A stretch of DNA of 64,000 nt from Octopus vulgaris (Eukaryota). Both the position numbers and the translations under genes were made by a program. Of the stretch, positions 26,289 to 40,405 are shown one piece after another. Positions within the stretch are counted from its first letter, which is position 1; every line of letters begins with the position of its first letter. The notes beneath the pieces were generated by a model. It saw nothing but the letters and a program-made list of their open reading frames with translations, did no database searches and was not told the DNA's origin. The stretch spans positions 87,482,001-87,546,000 of the forward strand of contig OX597818.1 in assembly GCA_951406725.2 (NCBI GenBank). Reading direction: 5' to 3'.

Positions 26289-26357
<69 letters not shown>

Positions 26358-27150
26358 TATATACATACATATATGTATATATACATGCATATATGGGCAC
26401 AGGACATCAAAAAGACGTTGAACACAATGAGAAACGAACTTTTTTCGAACAACGAAAAAATACAAACAGAGAAACGAGACATACAACATAAAGAATAGTC
26501 CCCTTTTTCAGTTGTTCCTGTTTCATCTACTCCACGTTATGAAGGCAAGCACAAGACGCGACTTTGTTGAAACAGTCCTTCCCGCAAAGCAAATTAAATA
26601 TATATATATGTTTATGTATAGGTGCCGGCGTGGGTGTGTGGTTTAGGAGATCGCCTGTAACCATGTAATTTTGGATTCAGTTACACTCTACCGGGTTTAC
26701 CAATGCCTTATGAGTGAATTCGGTGGACGGAAACTGTATGGAGGTCCGTCGTATATATATATATATGTGTGTAAATGTGAGAGAGAGTGTGTGTGTGTTT
26801 ATGTATGTGTGTGAGTGCATGTGTGTATGAATGTGTGTGTATGCACCTTCTTTGTTCCTACTCTCTCTTGACAACCGTTGTTCGTTTGTGGCCATATGAC
26901 TTAGCGGTTAGGCAAAAGAAACCAATTTAAATAAGAATCACACTTAACCAAAAAATACCGTGAGTTGTGGGAGTGATTGTTGGACTAAAGTCTTTACGGT
27001 GGTACTCCAGCATGGTCTCAGTCCAATGAATGTAGCAAGTAAAAGATAATAAATATATTGTGTGTATATGTATGTACAAGTAAATACATGAATACATACG
27101 AACATACATACATACAATGGTTATCAAGCGAAAGCATGAACAAAGAACGT

Positions 27151-27195
<45 letters not shown>

Positions 27196-27206
27196 CACAC
27201 AGACAG

Positions 27207-27366
27207 AGGCGTAGCTGTGTGGTAAGAAGCTTGCTTCCCAACCACATGGTTCCGGGTCCAGTCCCACTGCGTGGAACCTTGAGCAAGTGTCTTCTACTAT
27301 ATCCTCAGGTCAACCAAAGCCTTGTGAGTGGATTTGGCAGACGGAAACTGAAAGAAGCCCGTCGTG

Positions 27367-27403
<37 letters not shown>

Positions 27404-27622
27404 ATGTATGTATCTGTTTGTCTATGTTTGTCCCCCAGCCATCGCTTGACAACCGGTGCTGGTGTGAGGGGCAATATTCACGGTAGACTAGCTGTTCGTC
27501 GAAAGAGACCGATAGAATAAGTATCAGGGTTACAAAGAATAAGTCTTGGGGTCATGTGTTCGACTAAAGCCGGTGCTCCAGCAGGAACGCAGTCAAATGA
27601 CTGAAACATGCAAAAGAATAAA
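27207..27622 (+). mobile_element. SINE family A
   Basis: Homologous to 7479-7880. Confidence 0.9.
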
Positions 27623-27705
27623 GAATACATACATATGTGTGTTTGTGTGTATTAATGTATGTATGTATGTATGTATGTATGCAAATAATTCAGGAGGAAA
27701 TATTT

Positions 27706-27780
27706 ACGAAGATATTATTGACTCTGTTATTAACTAGTGTAACAATTAGAAATGATAATGACAGAATCAATAATGTTCGT
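27706..27780 (+). ncRNA. Pre-miRNA-like hairpin (candidate)
   Basis: 21-bp stem, 27712-27732 with 27756-27776, with one C-A mismatch and two G-U pairs; 23-nt loop. Confidence 0.35.
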
Positions 27781-28133
27781 TTGTTTGACTGTCGGAAGTG
27801 TGAGTGTATTTATTTGAAATATTATACGTTTTAGAGGCTTCATTTGCCAGTGTAGTTTTACCGTACCATATGTATGGAGCGAGAGAGACGTCTTCCTCAA
27901 TGTGTGGAAAGTAACATGATCCTAGTTGCACGTTCCTTGCTCTAAATAAAGCGTTAAATTTTACTTTTAGCTCTTTGGTGTTTACTCTTTGGTGTTTATG
28001 AAGGAAGATAACGGCAAATAGCCAGGAGTAAAACTGAATTAATTAATTAGAGTAATTAATGCACAACTACATAGGTTCACCTTACTTTCTTACGCATTGA
28101 AGTTGTCCCCCAATCTATCTACCTTATTAACTT

Positions 28134-28189
<56 letters not shown>

Positions 28190-28201
28190 CCTTATTAACT
28201 T

Positions 28202-28258
<57 letters not shown>

Positions 28259-28352
28259 GTATAAGCGTAGGAGTGACTGTGTGGTAAGAAGCTTGCTTCC
28301 CAAACACATGGTTCCGAGTTCAGTCCCACTGTGTGAGACATTGGGCAAGTAT

Positions 28353-28423
<71 letters not shown>

Positions 28424-28424
<1 letters not shown>

Positions 28425-28817
28425 TAGCAGTATCGCCCGGCGTTGCTCGGGTTGTAAGGGAAATAAATATATAAGCATTTTTAGAGAGTTATAGCCAAAA
28501 AATAGCAAAAAAATGCATTAAAAATTGAAAAAAAATTAAGGTAAATCTTTTTTAAATCGTTGACACATCGTAGATATTTTTAGAGAGTTACTTCCCTTAT
28601 ATAAAAGCGAAAAAAATGCATTAAAATGGAAAAATATGATGGTAAATTTTTTTAAAATCGTAGACTCATCGTAGACGCATGCTAATACCCAGAAGGGCTC
28701 GATATGAATCACGACTATAAGATACCCGCTTTTGGTTAAACTGCACCGCAAAATGTGGGAGTAGTTAGGAATCTAAATCGTAGGAGACAGACACACAACT
28801 TCACTCTTATATAAAGA
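28424..28817 (-). mobile_element. Non-autonomous Helitron
   Basis: Minus strand A|TCtttatataag start; end hairpin cccgagcaacgccggg then CTAG|T; internal duplication of about 100 bp. Confidence 0.88.
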
Positions 28818-29729
28818 TGCTTTTTTTTTTCAGTCATAGAGTTAGATTTATGAAGGTCTTCAGTAGAAAATCATTCGAATTCTGACTAGCTGCTTGATAT
28901 AATGAAATTCGTATCCATTTTTTGTCAGAATTACAAATTTTGAAAACACAATAGGAACAAATTTCGGAAAAAAATCTCCCATAATTCACTGAATTAAAAT
29001 TACACTTCGATTTTTGTACAAAACTGTAGTTGAAGTGTTTACGAAGTATAATACGTGTTTTCACGAATGTACTAAAGAGATTTGCTCTGATATTCTCATT
29101 TAAATATGAATAGGTAAATTCGGGAGGCTTGGTAACTATATATAAGTGTCGTCTGTTTATACATAAACACTGTTTCATACTGCAATTATATATACATATA
29201 TCTATATATAATATTATATAATAAAATATATACAGAGTAAAATAAAAACCAATTTACCTTTTCTGTCCGTCCGTGTGTCTTTGCAAATGTGTTGGAATGA
29301 TAAGTGAGTTGAGTTTTGGCGCCTTTTTTACTAATAACAAACACACACGTGTTTGTATGTAGTTGTATGTGTATGTAGTTGTATATGTATGTGTATGCGT
29401 GTGTGTGAGGAATGACACACACACACTCACGCACGCACACATGTACATCAATGCTTTCGGAGTGATATGTTAAAATATTGAGTTTTCTCGAATTTTGTCT
29501 TAATTGGTGGTAAAATTGAAAGAAATTTTTTATGGCATCACCCACTGAAGTACTCTGAAAAATCTTAGGTAAATTCTAATTGAAGAAATTGTGTGAGGAT
29601 TAAATGGTTATGTATTTATTTGTTTCTGTTTGCTGTGTTTTTTTCTTTTTTGAGTAGTGGTTGAAATACTTTCAGTTTAGTCTTGCTCAAATCACTCTGT
29701 CGCTATTTACTTTCATTTTATTCGTTGCC

Positions 29730-29977
29730 CACTGTGTGTGTGCGTTTGCGTGTGGTGTAAACCAGACTAAGAAAAGCATTTGACACACACACCAGAATGT
29801 GAGTTTTCTGTAAATTTTGCTTAATTGGAGTTTAAATTTTAAAAACTGGACCTGGCATGACGCGATGCATTGTACTCTTAAAACTGCTAGGTAAATTGTA
29901 ATTGAAGAAATCCTATATTGTAGATTTGTATAACTCCCAAAGGGAGGCAGATAAAATCTGCCTTTTATAATAAGAGA
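29730..29977 (-). mobile_element. Helitron-like 5' module
   Basis: TC start; 248 bp identical by eye to 62887-63134. Confidence 0.7.
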
Positions 29978-30066
29978 TATATATATATATATATATATTG
30001 ATAAAACGGTAAGATAACAAAAGAAAGAAAGAGACCTCAATATTATGTAAATAGAGGAAATTTATC

Positions 30067-30235
30067 TATACAATATGTTACATTACTCGGTAGTCAAGAT
30101 AAAACTCTGAGTTTCAGATGCCGAAGTGAAATCCACAACACCATCTCTTCGGTTAACCGAAGCGATGGTGTTGTGGATTTCCACTTCGGCATCTGAAACT
30201 CAGAGTTTTATCTTGACTACCGAGTAATGTAACAT

Positions 30236-30243
<8 letters not shown>
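30067..30243. repeat. Spacerless palindrome (88-bp arms) of an HHR-bearing pLTR
   Basis: Centre ggttaacc at 30151-30158; only two differences between arms; CCGAAGA-gatg...catc-tGAA-actcagagt-t. Confidence 0.85.
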
Positions 30244-30284
<41 letters not shown>

Positions 30285-30287
<3 letters not shown>

Positions 30288-30485
30288 ACCGCGTGTGTAC
30301 CGCTGGTGATTTTTTTTTCCTCTGTCTTCCCTTCTCTGGATCTTTCCTTCTCCTATGTTTCTGACGAAGAGCTCCGCTCGAAACGTTAAACCCACCTTCT
30401 TTCCTTCTTTCCTGAGCGTCCAATAATATTATATTTGTTCCACGTCCTCGCGTTGTTGTGTTTTTTTGTGCTTTCTTGTTTGGAT

Positions 30486-30490
<5 letters not shown>
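30285..30490 (+). mobile_element. Penelope-type pLTR with intact minimal HHR at 30357-30391
   Basis: gttt-CTGACGA-a-gagc tcc gctc-GAA-acgt-t-aaac; related copies at 31950-32152 (+) and 38128-38205 (-). Confidence 0.8.
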
Positions 30491-30542
<52 letters not shown>

Positions 30543-31949
30543 ATGTATATATGTGTATTCCCTTTTATCTCTTTTACTTGCTTCAGTCATTTGACTGCGG
30601 CCATGCTAGAGCACCGCCTTTAGTCGAGCAAATCGACCCCAGGACTTATTCTTTGTAAGCCTAGTACTTATTCTATCGATCTCTTTTGCCGAGCCTCTAA
30701 GTCATGGGGACGTAAACACACCACTATACAAACAAACATACATATATATATTACATACATACACCTATACACACACGCCTACACACCTACACACACACAT
30801 GCACACACACACACATGTACGCACATACACACACATATACGCACACACATATATACCCACACACATGCACACACACACACATACGCACATACATGCACGC
30901 ATGCACACGCGCACACCTACACGCATACACACACACACACGCACGTACACATACATACATACACACACGCATACATACACCCATACACATACATGCATCC
31001 TACACACACATACATACACACTCACACATACATACACACACACGCACTCACTCACACACCTGTATGTTCGCGCACACACATGCACATACACACACTTCCC
31101 CACACCCACACGTACATACATACACACTCATACACACATACACACACACACACACACACGGACATACATCTATGCACACACATATATACACACATACTCA
31201 CATACATTCATCGGACACACTGCCACCCAGACATACACACAGACACACTCACACATCCACACGCACACATACGTACGCGCACACTCGCAGGCTCGCGCAC
31301 ACACGCGTTTGCGCCGGTTCGCGCACGCATGCGCCCGCATGCACCTCGCCCTTGGATCCGACGAGACCTCCCGCCCGTTCCTGGGATGTCGCTTGTCGTT
31401 GGGTTTTCCCACTCCCGTCTCCGCGGGACCACTCTTCCAACTTCCCCTCCGCTGCAGTCCTTTTCCAAACCCCCCCCCTTTTTTTTCGTTACACACACAC
31501 ACGCGCACACATATACCCACATTGCTTAAACATATACATCACTCTTACACACATTCAATCTACTCGCCACTAATACTACCACGACACTGGACACACACAC
31601 ACACTACTACTCAACACACGCTGGCACGCTACATACGCCCCCACCCCTTCCCCTCCCTCCCTTCCTCCTTCCTCCCTTTTCTCACTACTGACCTTTGTCT
31701 GCTATGCTGCTGCTATGCTGACCACCGTCTCGCCCTACCTCACACGCCTACACACAGACGCACACACTAACACATACATATATTTTTTGTTTTTTTACCT
31801 CGCCTCACACACACACATACACACACGCACACGCACACACTCACACATACACACACATCTGTTGCGTTACCAACCTTGTCTCCACTCTTTTGCCTTTAAA
31901 AACCCACTTTGCTCTTGTTATCGTAAACATCCGCCTTTCACCATGTGCT

Positions 31950-32149
31950 TCTGCTAACACCAGCCGTTTTTTTCTCTATCTCCGTTGCCCGCTCCGGGAT
32001 CTTTCTTTCCTCTCTCTTCCTTCTTTATGTTTCCGACGAAGAGCTCCGCTCGAAACGTCATACCTCCCTGCTTCCATTTCCTGAGCGCCTATTAATAATA
32101 ATACTGTAATTGTTCCCTTGTTGTTGTTTTTTTGTTTCCCGTTTGGATT

Positions 32150-32152
<3 letters not shown>
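31950..32152 (+). mobile_element. Second pLTR copy with HHR at 32029-32063 (CCGA core, GUC site)
   Basis: gttt-CCGACGA-a-gagctccgctc-GAA-acgt-c-atac; ends in gtttggattaa like the first copy. Confidence 0.75.
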
Positions 32153-33135
<983 letters not shown>

Positions 33136-33137
33136 TA

Positions 33138-33470
33138 AAAGACCCCCTTCGGTCATGAGTGACCATGGGTTTGCACCTAGAGAGTTACCCTCTGAGGCAC
33201 AAGTCTGGGCAAGGTTGTTTTATGGAAGACCAGTAGTCGCCCATGCATACCGGCCTCCCCTCTCCACGCCACCAGTGTTATCCAAGGGAAAGACAAAGGT
33301 CGATACAGCTTGGCACCTGTGACGTCGCAACTCATTTCTACAGCTGAGTGAACTGGAGCAACGTGAAATAAAGTGTCTTGCTCAAGAACACAACACGCAG
33401 CCCGGTCCGGGATTCGAGCTCACAACCTCACGATCGTAAGCTCGACGCTCTAACCACTGAGCCATGCGCC
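33138..33470 (-). mobile_element. SINE head C + tail T4
   Basis: tRNA head, CORE-like block and a distinct 3' tail ending ...accgaagggggtc. Confidence 0.85.
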
Positions 33471-33837
33471 TAAATGTATATATATATGTATATATATGTA
33501 TATATATATATACACATATACATATATACATATATACGACAGGCTGTAGATATATTTAGACAGAATGGGCAGTGGAAGAATAAAAAGAAGCAATATACTC
33601 TGAAAGTCAGGCTGCCGTTCCTATGGATGCGTATACAGGCTGGTCTTTAGTTCTACAGCATCATGGTGTATCTGGAAGAATTGATATGTGGATTGAATTA
33701 AGTCATGTGACCAAACAGATACACTTTAGGTGGTTGTTAGGCCAGCTAGAAATAGCTGTCAAATTTTCTTGAGATTGTACTTGCCGAAAAGGCTATATAT
33801 ACATGAAAAAAAAAAATGAAGTCTATCATACTCTATG

Positions 33838-34075
33838 TGGAGGCGCGTGGCTTAGTGGTTAGGGTGTCAGCACCATGATCGTAAGATTGTGGTTTCGATT
33901 CCTGGACCGGGCGACTCGTTGTGTTCTTGAGCAAAACACTTCATTTCACGTTGCTCCAGTCCACTCAGCTGGCAAAAATGAGTAACACTGCGATGGACTG
34001 GCGTCCCGTCCAGCTGGGGAACACATACGCCATAGAAACCGGGCCCATGAGCCTGGTTAGACTTTAAAAGGGCGC
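33838..34075 (+). mobile_element. SINE head C + V-like tail T1
   Basis: ggaggcgcgtggcttagtggttag...ctgcgatggactggcgtcccgtccag. Confidence 0.88.
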
Positions 34076-34215
34076 ACTTATTATTTATTATTATGATACT
34101 CTATGGTCGTGAAACAAAAAGACATGATGATCACAGCTGGACTGTCTGTGATCATTGGTCTCCTCAATTACAGTTGCCCTGGAACTGAACAGCAACAAAT
34201 AAATAAATAAGTCAA

Positions 34216-34254
<39 letters not shown>

Positions 34255-34479
34255 AATATTTGTGAAACTGTCACTCGCTACTGTCTGTATATATGTTGTT
34301 GCTATTGCTCTTGTTGCTGTTTCAGATTGATTTGTTGTTCTTTTGCATTGTTTTTATCTTTCCTTTTTATTTTCATTTTTATCTTTTTACTTGTTTCAGT
34401 CATTAGACTCCGGCTATGCTGAAACAACGCCTTGAAGAATTTTAGTCGAACAAATCGACCCCAGCAATTCTCTCTTTCT

Positions 34480-34887
34480 CTTTTCTCTTTTACTTGTTTC
34501 AGTCATTTGACTGCGGCCATGCTGGAGCACCGCCTTTAATCGAGCAACTCGACTCTGGGACTTATTCTTTTGTAAGCCCAGTACTTATACTATCGGTCTC
34601 TTTTGCCGAACCGCTAAGTAACGGGGACATAAACACACCAGCATCGGTTGCCAAGCAATGCTAGGGGGACAAACACAGACACACAAACACACACACGCAC
34701 ATATATATAAATATACATATATACGACGGGCTTCTTTCAGTTTCCGTCTACCAAATCCACTCACAAGGCTTCGGTCGGCCCGGGGCTATAGTAGAAGACA
34801 CTTGCCCAAGGTGCCACGCTGTGGGACAGAACCTGGAACCATGTGGCTGGTAAACAAGCTACTTACCACACAGCCACTCCTGCGCCT
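34480..34887 (-). mobile_element. SINE family A (with flanking older copies 34380-35180)
   Basis: Homologous to 7479-7880. Confidence 0.9.
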
Positions 34888-35979
34888 TAATGATTTATTT
34901 TCTAAAACCTGGTACTAATTCTATCCGACATAAACACATCAATACTAGTTGTCAAACGGTGATAGGAGACAATCACAGACACAAAAAAACACTCGAACAC
35001 ACATACACAATGTGCTTCTTTCAGTTTCCATCTTCCATATCCACTCTCTAAGCTTTGGTGGGCCCGAGGCTAAAGTACACACAAAAAAAAAGAGAAATTA
35101 AGTGCTTGACCAAAGTGTCAACCAATAGAACTGAACTCGTAACAGTGCGGCTGGGAAGCAAAATTCTTACCACGCAGCCACGCTTGTAATTTTGCCGAAG
35201 TGTTATCGATAAATGTAGTTCATTTGAAGACTGGTCTGTCCTGATAGAGAAGATCAAATGTGGTCAAGCTGTTATCATCTCATTTTCTTTTTATATGTAT
35301 GAATACTTCATACATGATATTCCCATTTAATAAACGGTAGAGTATGATTTCAAGTAGTTTGTGTGCTATTTCTAGTAGATCGATCGATTACGTAAAGTCC
35401 CTCACTTCAGCTCATATTTGTCCTTATATAACAGTGTAGAACACACAAAACATTTAAGACATACACATGTGAGTGTATATATATATATATACACATACAC
35501 GCATATAAGTCTATGTGTTATACACACACACACACACACACATATACATATACCTACTCATGGTCATAGTATATTTAACTGGACACACAAGAGATCTTCT
35601 GTTTTATTATATGTATCCATTAGACTACGGACGAAAAATTACGACTTCCTCTGCATTACTGGTTCTATGCTGATCATATAAATATAATATTTGTGTCATA
35701 TTAAATAGTTATATAACAGGAGACATTACTTGAAGTATACTAACTTCTCTAATTACTATATAGAACGCTATATAATCTACAAATGCATTTCCGTCTGAGC
35801 TGAAGCAAGAAGTTTCACAATTCAGATAGTAAAATTGCTTTTCTTGAAGTTGCCGTACCAACAGATAATAATATTTTACTGTAAAACTAAAATATATTCG
35901 AAGTGTATTAATATATTATACACAGTGACTAGGATTCTACACAGCTATACACACACACACACACACACATATATATAGA

Positions 35980-36145
<166 letters not shown>

Positions 36146-36208
36146 ATATATGTATATATATATGTATATATGTATATATATATATATGTATGTATATATA
36201 TATATATG

Positions 36209-36242
<34 letters not shown>

Positions 36243-36361
36243 TGTATGTATGTATGTATGTATGTATGTATGTATGTATGTATGTATTTAACTATACGTT
36301 TATCAATTCATTTTGCAAGATTCCTGATGTGGAATTGTGTGTTGAAATAGATATTGTTGTA

Positions 36362-36746
36362 TTTCGGGATTGTCATTTTATTTATTATGATTTTTTTTGC
36401 CGAATAAACACACGCATTATATATATATATATTTTTCTTCAATCGTTTATTACTGTTCTTGTTTATTATTTTAATTCATATCCATTGTCCTGAAATCTTT
36501 CGTCACGCATCTGTGACCTCTTCAGTGACACTTTTCGTTTCCGTGTGTGTTCTTGCTAGTAAGTGTAGCAAGAACACACAAGGAAACGAAAAGTGTTGCT
36601 GAAAAGGTCACAGATGTATGACGAAAGATTTCCAGACAATGGACACGAATTAAAATAATAAAACGAGAACAGTAATAAACGAGTGAAGAAAAAAAAAAAT
36701 TATAATGCGTGCGTTTATTAAATTAAAAAAAATGACCATCCCGAAA
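36362..36746. mobile_element. Fold-back pLTR element (about 190-bp arms, 7-nt spacer) with an HHR in each arm
   Basis: Arms meet at tcttgcta-gtaagtg-tagcaaga (36551-36573); HHR at 36486-36530 (-) and a mutated copy at 36594-36637 (+). Confidence 0.85.
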
Positions 36747-36751
36747 AGCAG

Positions 36752-36793
<42 letters not shown>

Positions 36794-36796
36794 GTG

Positions 36797-37087
36797 GTAG
36801 TCCGTTTGTTGCAACGAAGAGGGTTCCAGTTGATCCGATCGACGGACAGCCTGCTCGTGAAATTAACGGGCAAATGGCTGAGCACTCCACAGACACGTGT
36901 ACTCTTAATGTAGTTCTCAGGGAGATTCATTGTGGCACAGAGTGTGACAAGGCTTGTCCGTTGAAATACAGGTAGAAGAGAAAGAGGAAGAAAGAGTGTG
37001 AGAATGTTGTGGTGAAAGAGTACAGCAGGGTTCGCCAACGCCCTCTGTCGGAAGTTTGTGGAGCTTCAGGTGTTTTCGCTCAATAAA
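36797..37087 (-). mobile_element. SINE OR-type body + tail T2
   Basis: Body matches 40112-40405; tail matches 320-485. Confidence 0.8.
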
Positions 37088-37348
37088 CTCTTTATTGATT
37101 GTCGAGGGATTATTCTATATTCCTTTTTCTTTTACTTGTCTCAACCATTTGACTGCGGCCATGCTGGAGCACCGCTTTTAGTCGAACGAATCGATCCCAG
37201 GACTCATTCTTTGTAAGCCTAGTACTTATTCTATCAGTCCCTTTTGCCGAACCGCTAAGTTACGGGTACGTAAACACGCCGACATCAGTTGCCAAGCGAT
37301 GGTGTGGGAACAAATACAAACACGCAAACATATGCACACACACATATT

Positions 37349-37416
<68 letters not shown>

Positions 37417-37447
37417 TGTACACATATATACATATATGTATATATGT

Positions 37448-37546
<99 letters not shown>

Positions 37547-39069
37547 GTGTGTGTGTGTGTGTGTATGACAGATGGAGATTATTTCATCATAGCTATAATC
37601 GATCATGGTTGACCTTTCACTGAACAGCTACACGGCAATTATAGATAAAAACAGAATTGTCAATATGATTAATGAGTGCAGCAATCTGCTTCCGGGTTCG
37701 ATCGTAAGGCGCGGCTTATTGGGGAAGAATGTCTGCTACCATAGTTTCATGTCGATCAATATTCAGGAAGTGAAATTTGGACGAGAGAACCTCTGAAGAA
37801 GTAGTTTTTATGTATGTATGTATGTATGTATGTATGTATGTATGTATGTATGTATGTATGTATGTATGTATGTATGTATGTATGTATGTGTTTACATAAA
37901 TATTTCTATATATATCGGCGCAGAAGTGGCTGTGTGGTAAGTAGCTTGCTTAATAACTAGATGGTTCCGGGTTCAGTCCCACTGCGTAGCACCTTGGGCA
38001 AGGGTGTTCGGGCCGACCAAAGCCTTGTGAGTGGATTTGGCAGACGGAAACTGAAAGAAGCCCGTCGTATATATGTATATGTATATATATATTTATATAA
38101 AGATACATACACACACACATATATATAGTTAATCCAAACAAGAAAGCACAAAAAAAAAACACAACAACGCGAGGACGTGGAAGAAATATAGTATTATTGG
38201 ACGATGTGTGTGTGTGTATGTGTATACATGTGTGTGCGTGTGTCCGTGTGTGTGGCAGCTTAATTATGAAGTGTGCCAGCGTTTTTTTTTCCCTTTTTTT
38301 CGTGTTATCTTCAAGGCACGGCGAAAGCAAAGACATTGCGAACCGTTACTGTTTTCTGCCTATTTTTGTCATACGAAAGTCAGAACCTAATGCGAATCAC
38401 TGTTTCCGCATCTCAAAAACCTACCTTTTATTTCCTGCCTGTTCGCCAAAGTATCGGACTCCATCTCTAATTGCTTTGCCTCACTCGCCACAACAGACCG
38501 TATTTTGATATTTGTTAAATATGACACCAGGTGATAAACTAAGGATTCTCTTAATATTGATATCTAGCAAGATAACTGAATACAGACAAAAAAAAAAAAA
38601 AGAAACAGAAAATACAAAACCTTGTTTTCCGGTTGAGATTGATGACTGTTCCTGACGTCATAACCTCGTTCTGGACGGTGTCGCTTTACATTTAATCAAA
38701 TTCTCTCTATGGCAGCAACAGTACACATTACAAAAATAGCAACAAGAACAAAGACATCAGTATTAGCAACTACCACGACAATAGCAGCTGCAGCAACAAT
38801 AACAACAACGGTGCAATAAATAGAAGAGTAACAACCGCATAAACAAAAAACAACAACACAATTCCGGTAATTATAGAAACGATTGTAACAATATACAAGT
38901 TTTTGAAATAAGAGGCAGATAAATTTTGGCACAAGGCCAGCAGTTTTTCGAGGGGAGGGGGGGGCAAAGAGGATGAAAGGCAAAGTTGACCTTGGCGGAA
39001 TTTGAACTCAGAACGAAATGCAGCTAAGCATTTTGTCTGGTGTGCTAATGATTCTGCCAGCTCACCGCC

Positions 39070-39154
<85 letters not shown>

Positions 39155-39177
39155 TGATGATGATGATGATGATGATG

Positions 39178-39211
<34 letters not shown>

Positions 39212-39279
39212 TAACAATAATAATAATAATAATAATAATAACAATAACAATAATAATAATAATAATACTAATAATAACG

Positions 39280-39336
<57 letters not shown>

Positions 39337-39683
39337 TGGAACTTTACTGTTCAAATTGATAAAAAGATAGATGCAAATAGGCCAGACATTATATTGAAGG
39401 ATTTCAGACAAAAATCATGCCTCCTCATCGACTATCCCAATCAACATAAATGTATCGGTCGGAACCTACCGAAAACTAAGAAAATATAAATACCTTGAAA
39501 TAGAAATTAGCAAAATGTGGAACCCGAAGACTAAAACAATATTGCTATAGGTGCTCTACGAATGATAGCAGAAGGAGATGATTGCTACCTGTCTCAGATA
39601 ACAAGAAATCCATAAAAGGAAGAAACTAAAAAAATAGTACTCATGGGAACTGCTCAAATCCTAAGAAAAATATTACCTATGTA
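39337..39683 (+). pseudogene. R4/Dong-clade LINE 3' fragment (restriction-like endonuclease) downstream of (AAT)n
   Basis: WNFTVQIDKKIDANRPDII...CLLID...KMW...GTAQILRK. Confidence 0.85.
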
Positions 39684-40007
39684 ATTCCAAAAACATTTTA
39701 ATCTATGAACATTATCGAAAGTTACTTTAAATGTGTATAATAGTGAACACCTTTTATTGTCATCTTAAGATCATACTATCATCTTATCGCCAGATGACTT
39801 TTAAAACAAACTTCTAATTTAAAAAAAAATGTTTTAACATACGTTCTCTAGACCAATAATGTAAAACCAAAAATATGTCAGCCTAATCATAACACCAACT
39901 TGAAATTCTAACTTGTCTTTTGAGGTCTCTGGGTGTGACTTGGAGTCAATTTGTATAAATACAAAGCAAAAGCCAAACATATAGTGTACTACTACTACTA
40001 CTACTAT

Positions 40008-40069
<62 letters not shown>

Positions 40070-40111
40070 ATTTGTGTGCGCGCGTTGCGTGCGTATGTGC
40101 ATATATATATA

Positions 40112-40405
40112 TCACGTGATGACGTGACCGACCAGACCATCAGATGCTACTACACATCGCTGGTCACAATGCGTTCGCATTGTTTTAGCTTTCGATTGAC
40201 GCCACCCCGCTGGCTAAGCGAGCAGGCCAACAGAAGAAAGATTGAGAGAAAGAGTGGTGAAAGAGTACAGCAGGGATCACCACCCCCTGCCGGAGCTTCG
40301 TGGAGCTTTTAGGTGTTTTCGCTCAATAAACACTCACAACGCCCGGTCTGGGAATCGAAACCGCGATCCTACGACCGCGAGTCCGCTGCCCCAACCACTG
40401 GGCCA
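40112..40405 (-). mobile_element. OR-type SINE with tail T3
   Basis: Paralog of 11700-12005. Confidence 0.88.

Noticed and set aside
30799-31770. 323-aa His/Thr ORF and the similar YIYI, poly-Ile and poly-His ORFs (e.g. 47212-48521, 52007-52671)
   Set aside because: Translations of microsatellites that lack stop codons.
36559-36565. GTAAGT splice-donor consensus forming the palindrome loop
   Set aside because: A single hexamer with no exon context; plausibly chance.
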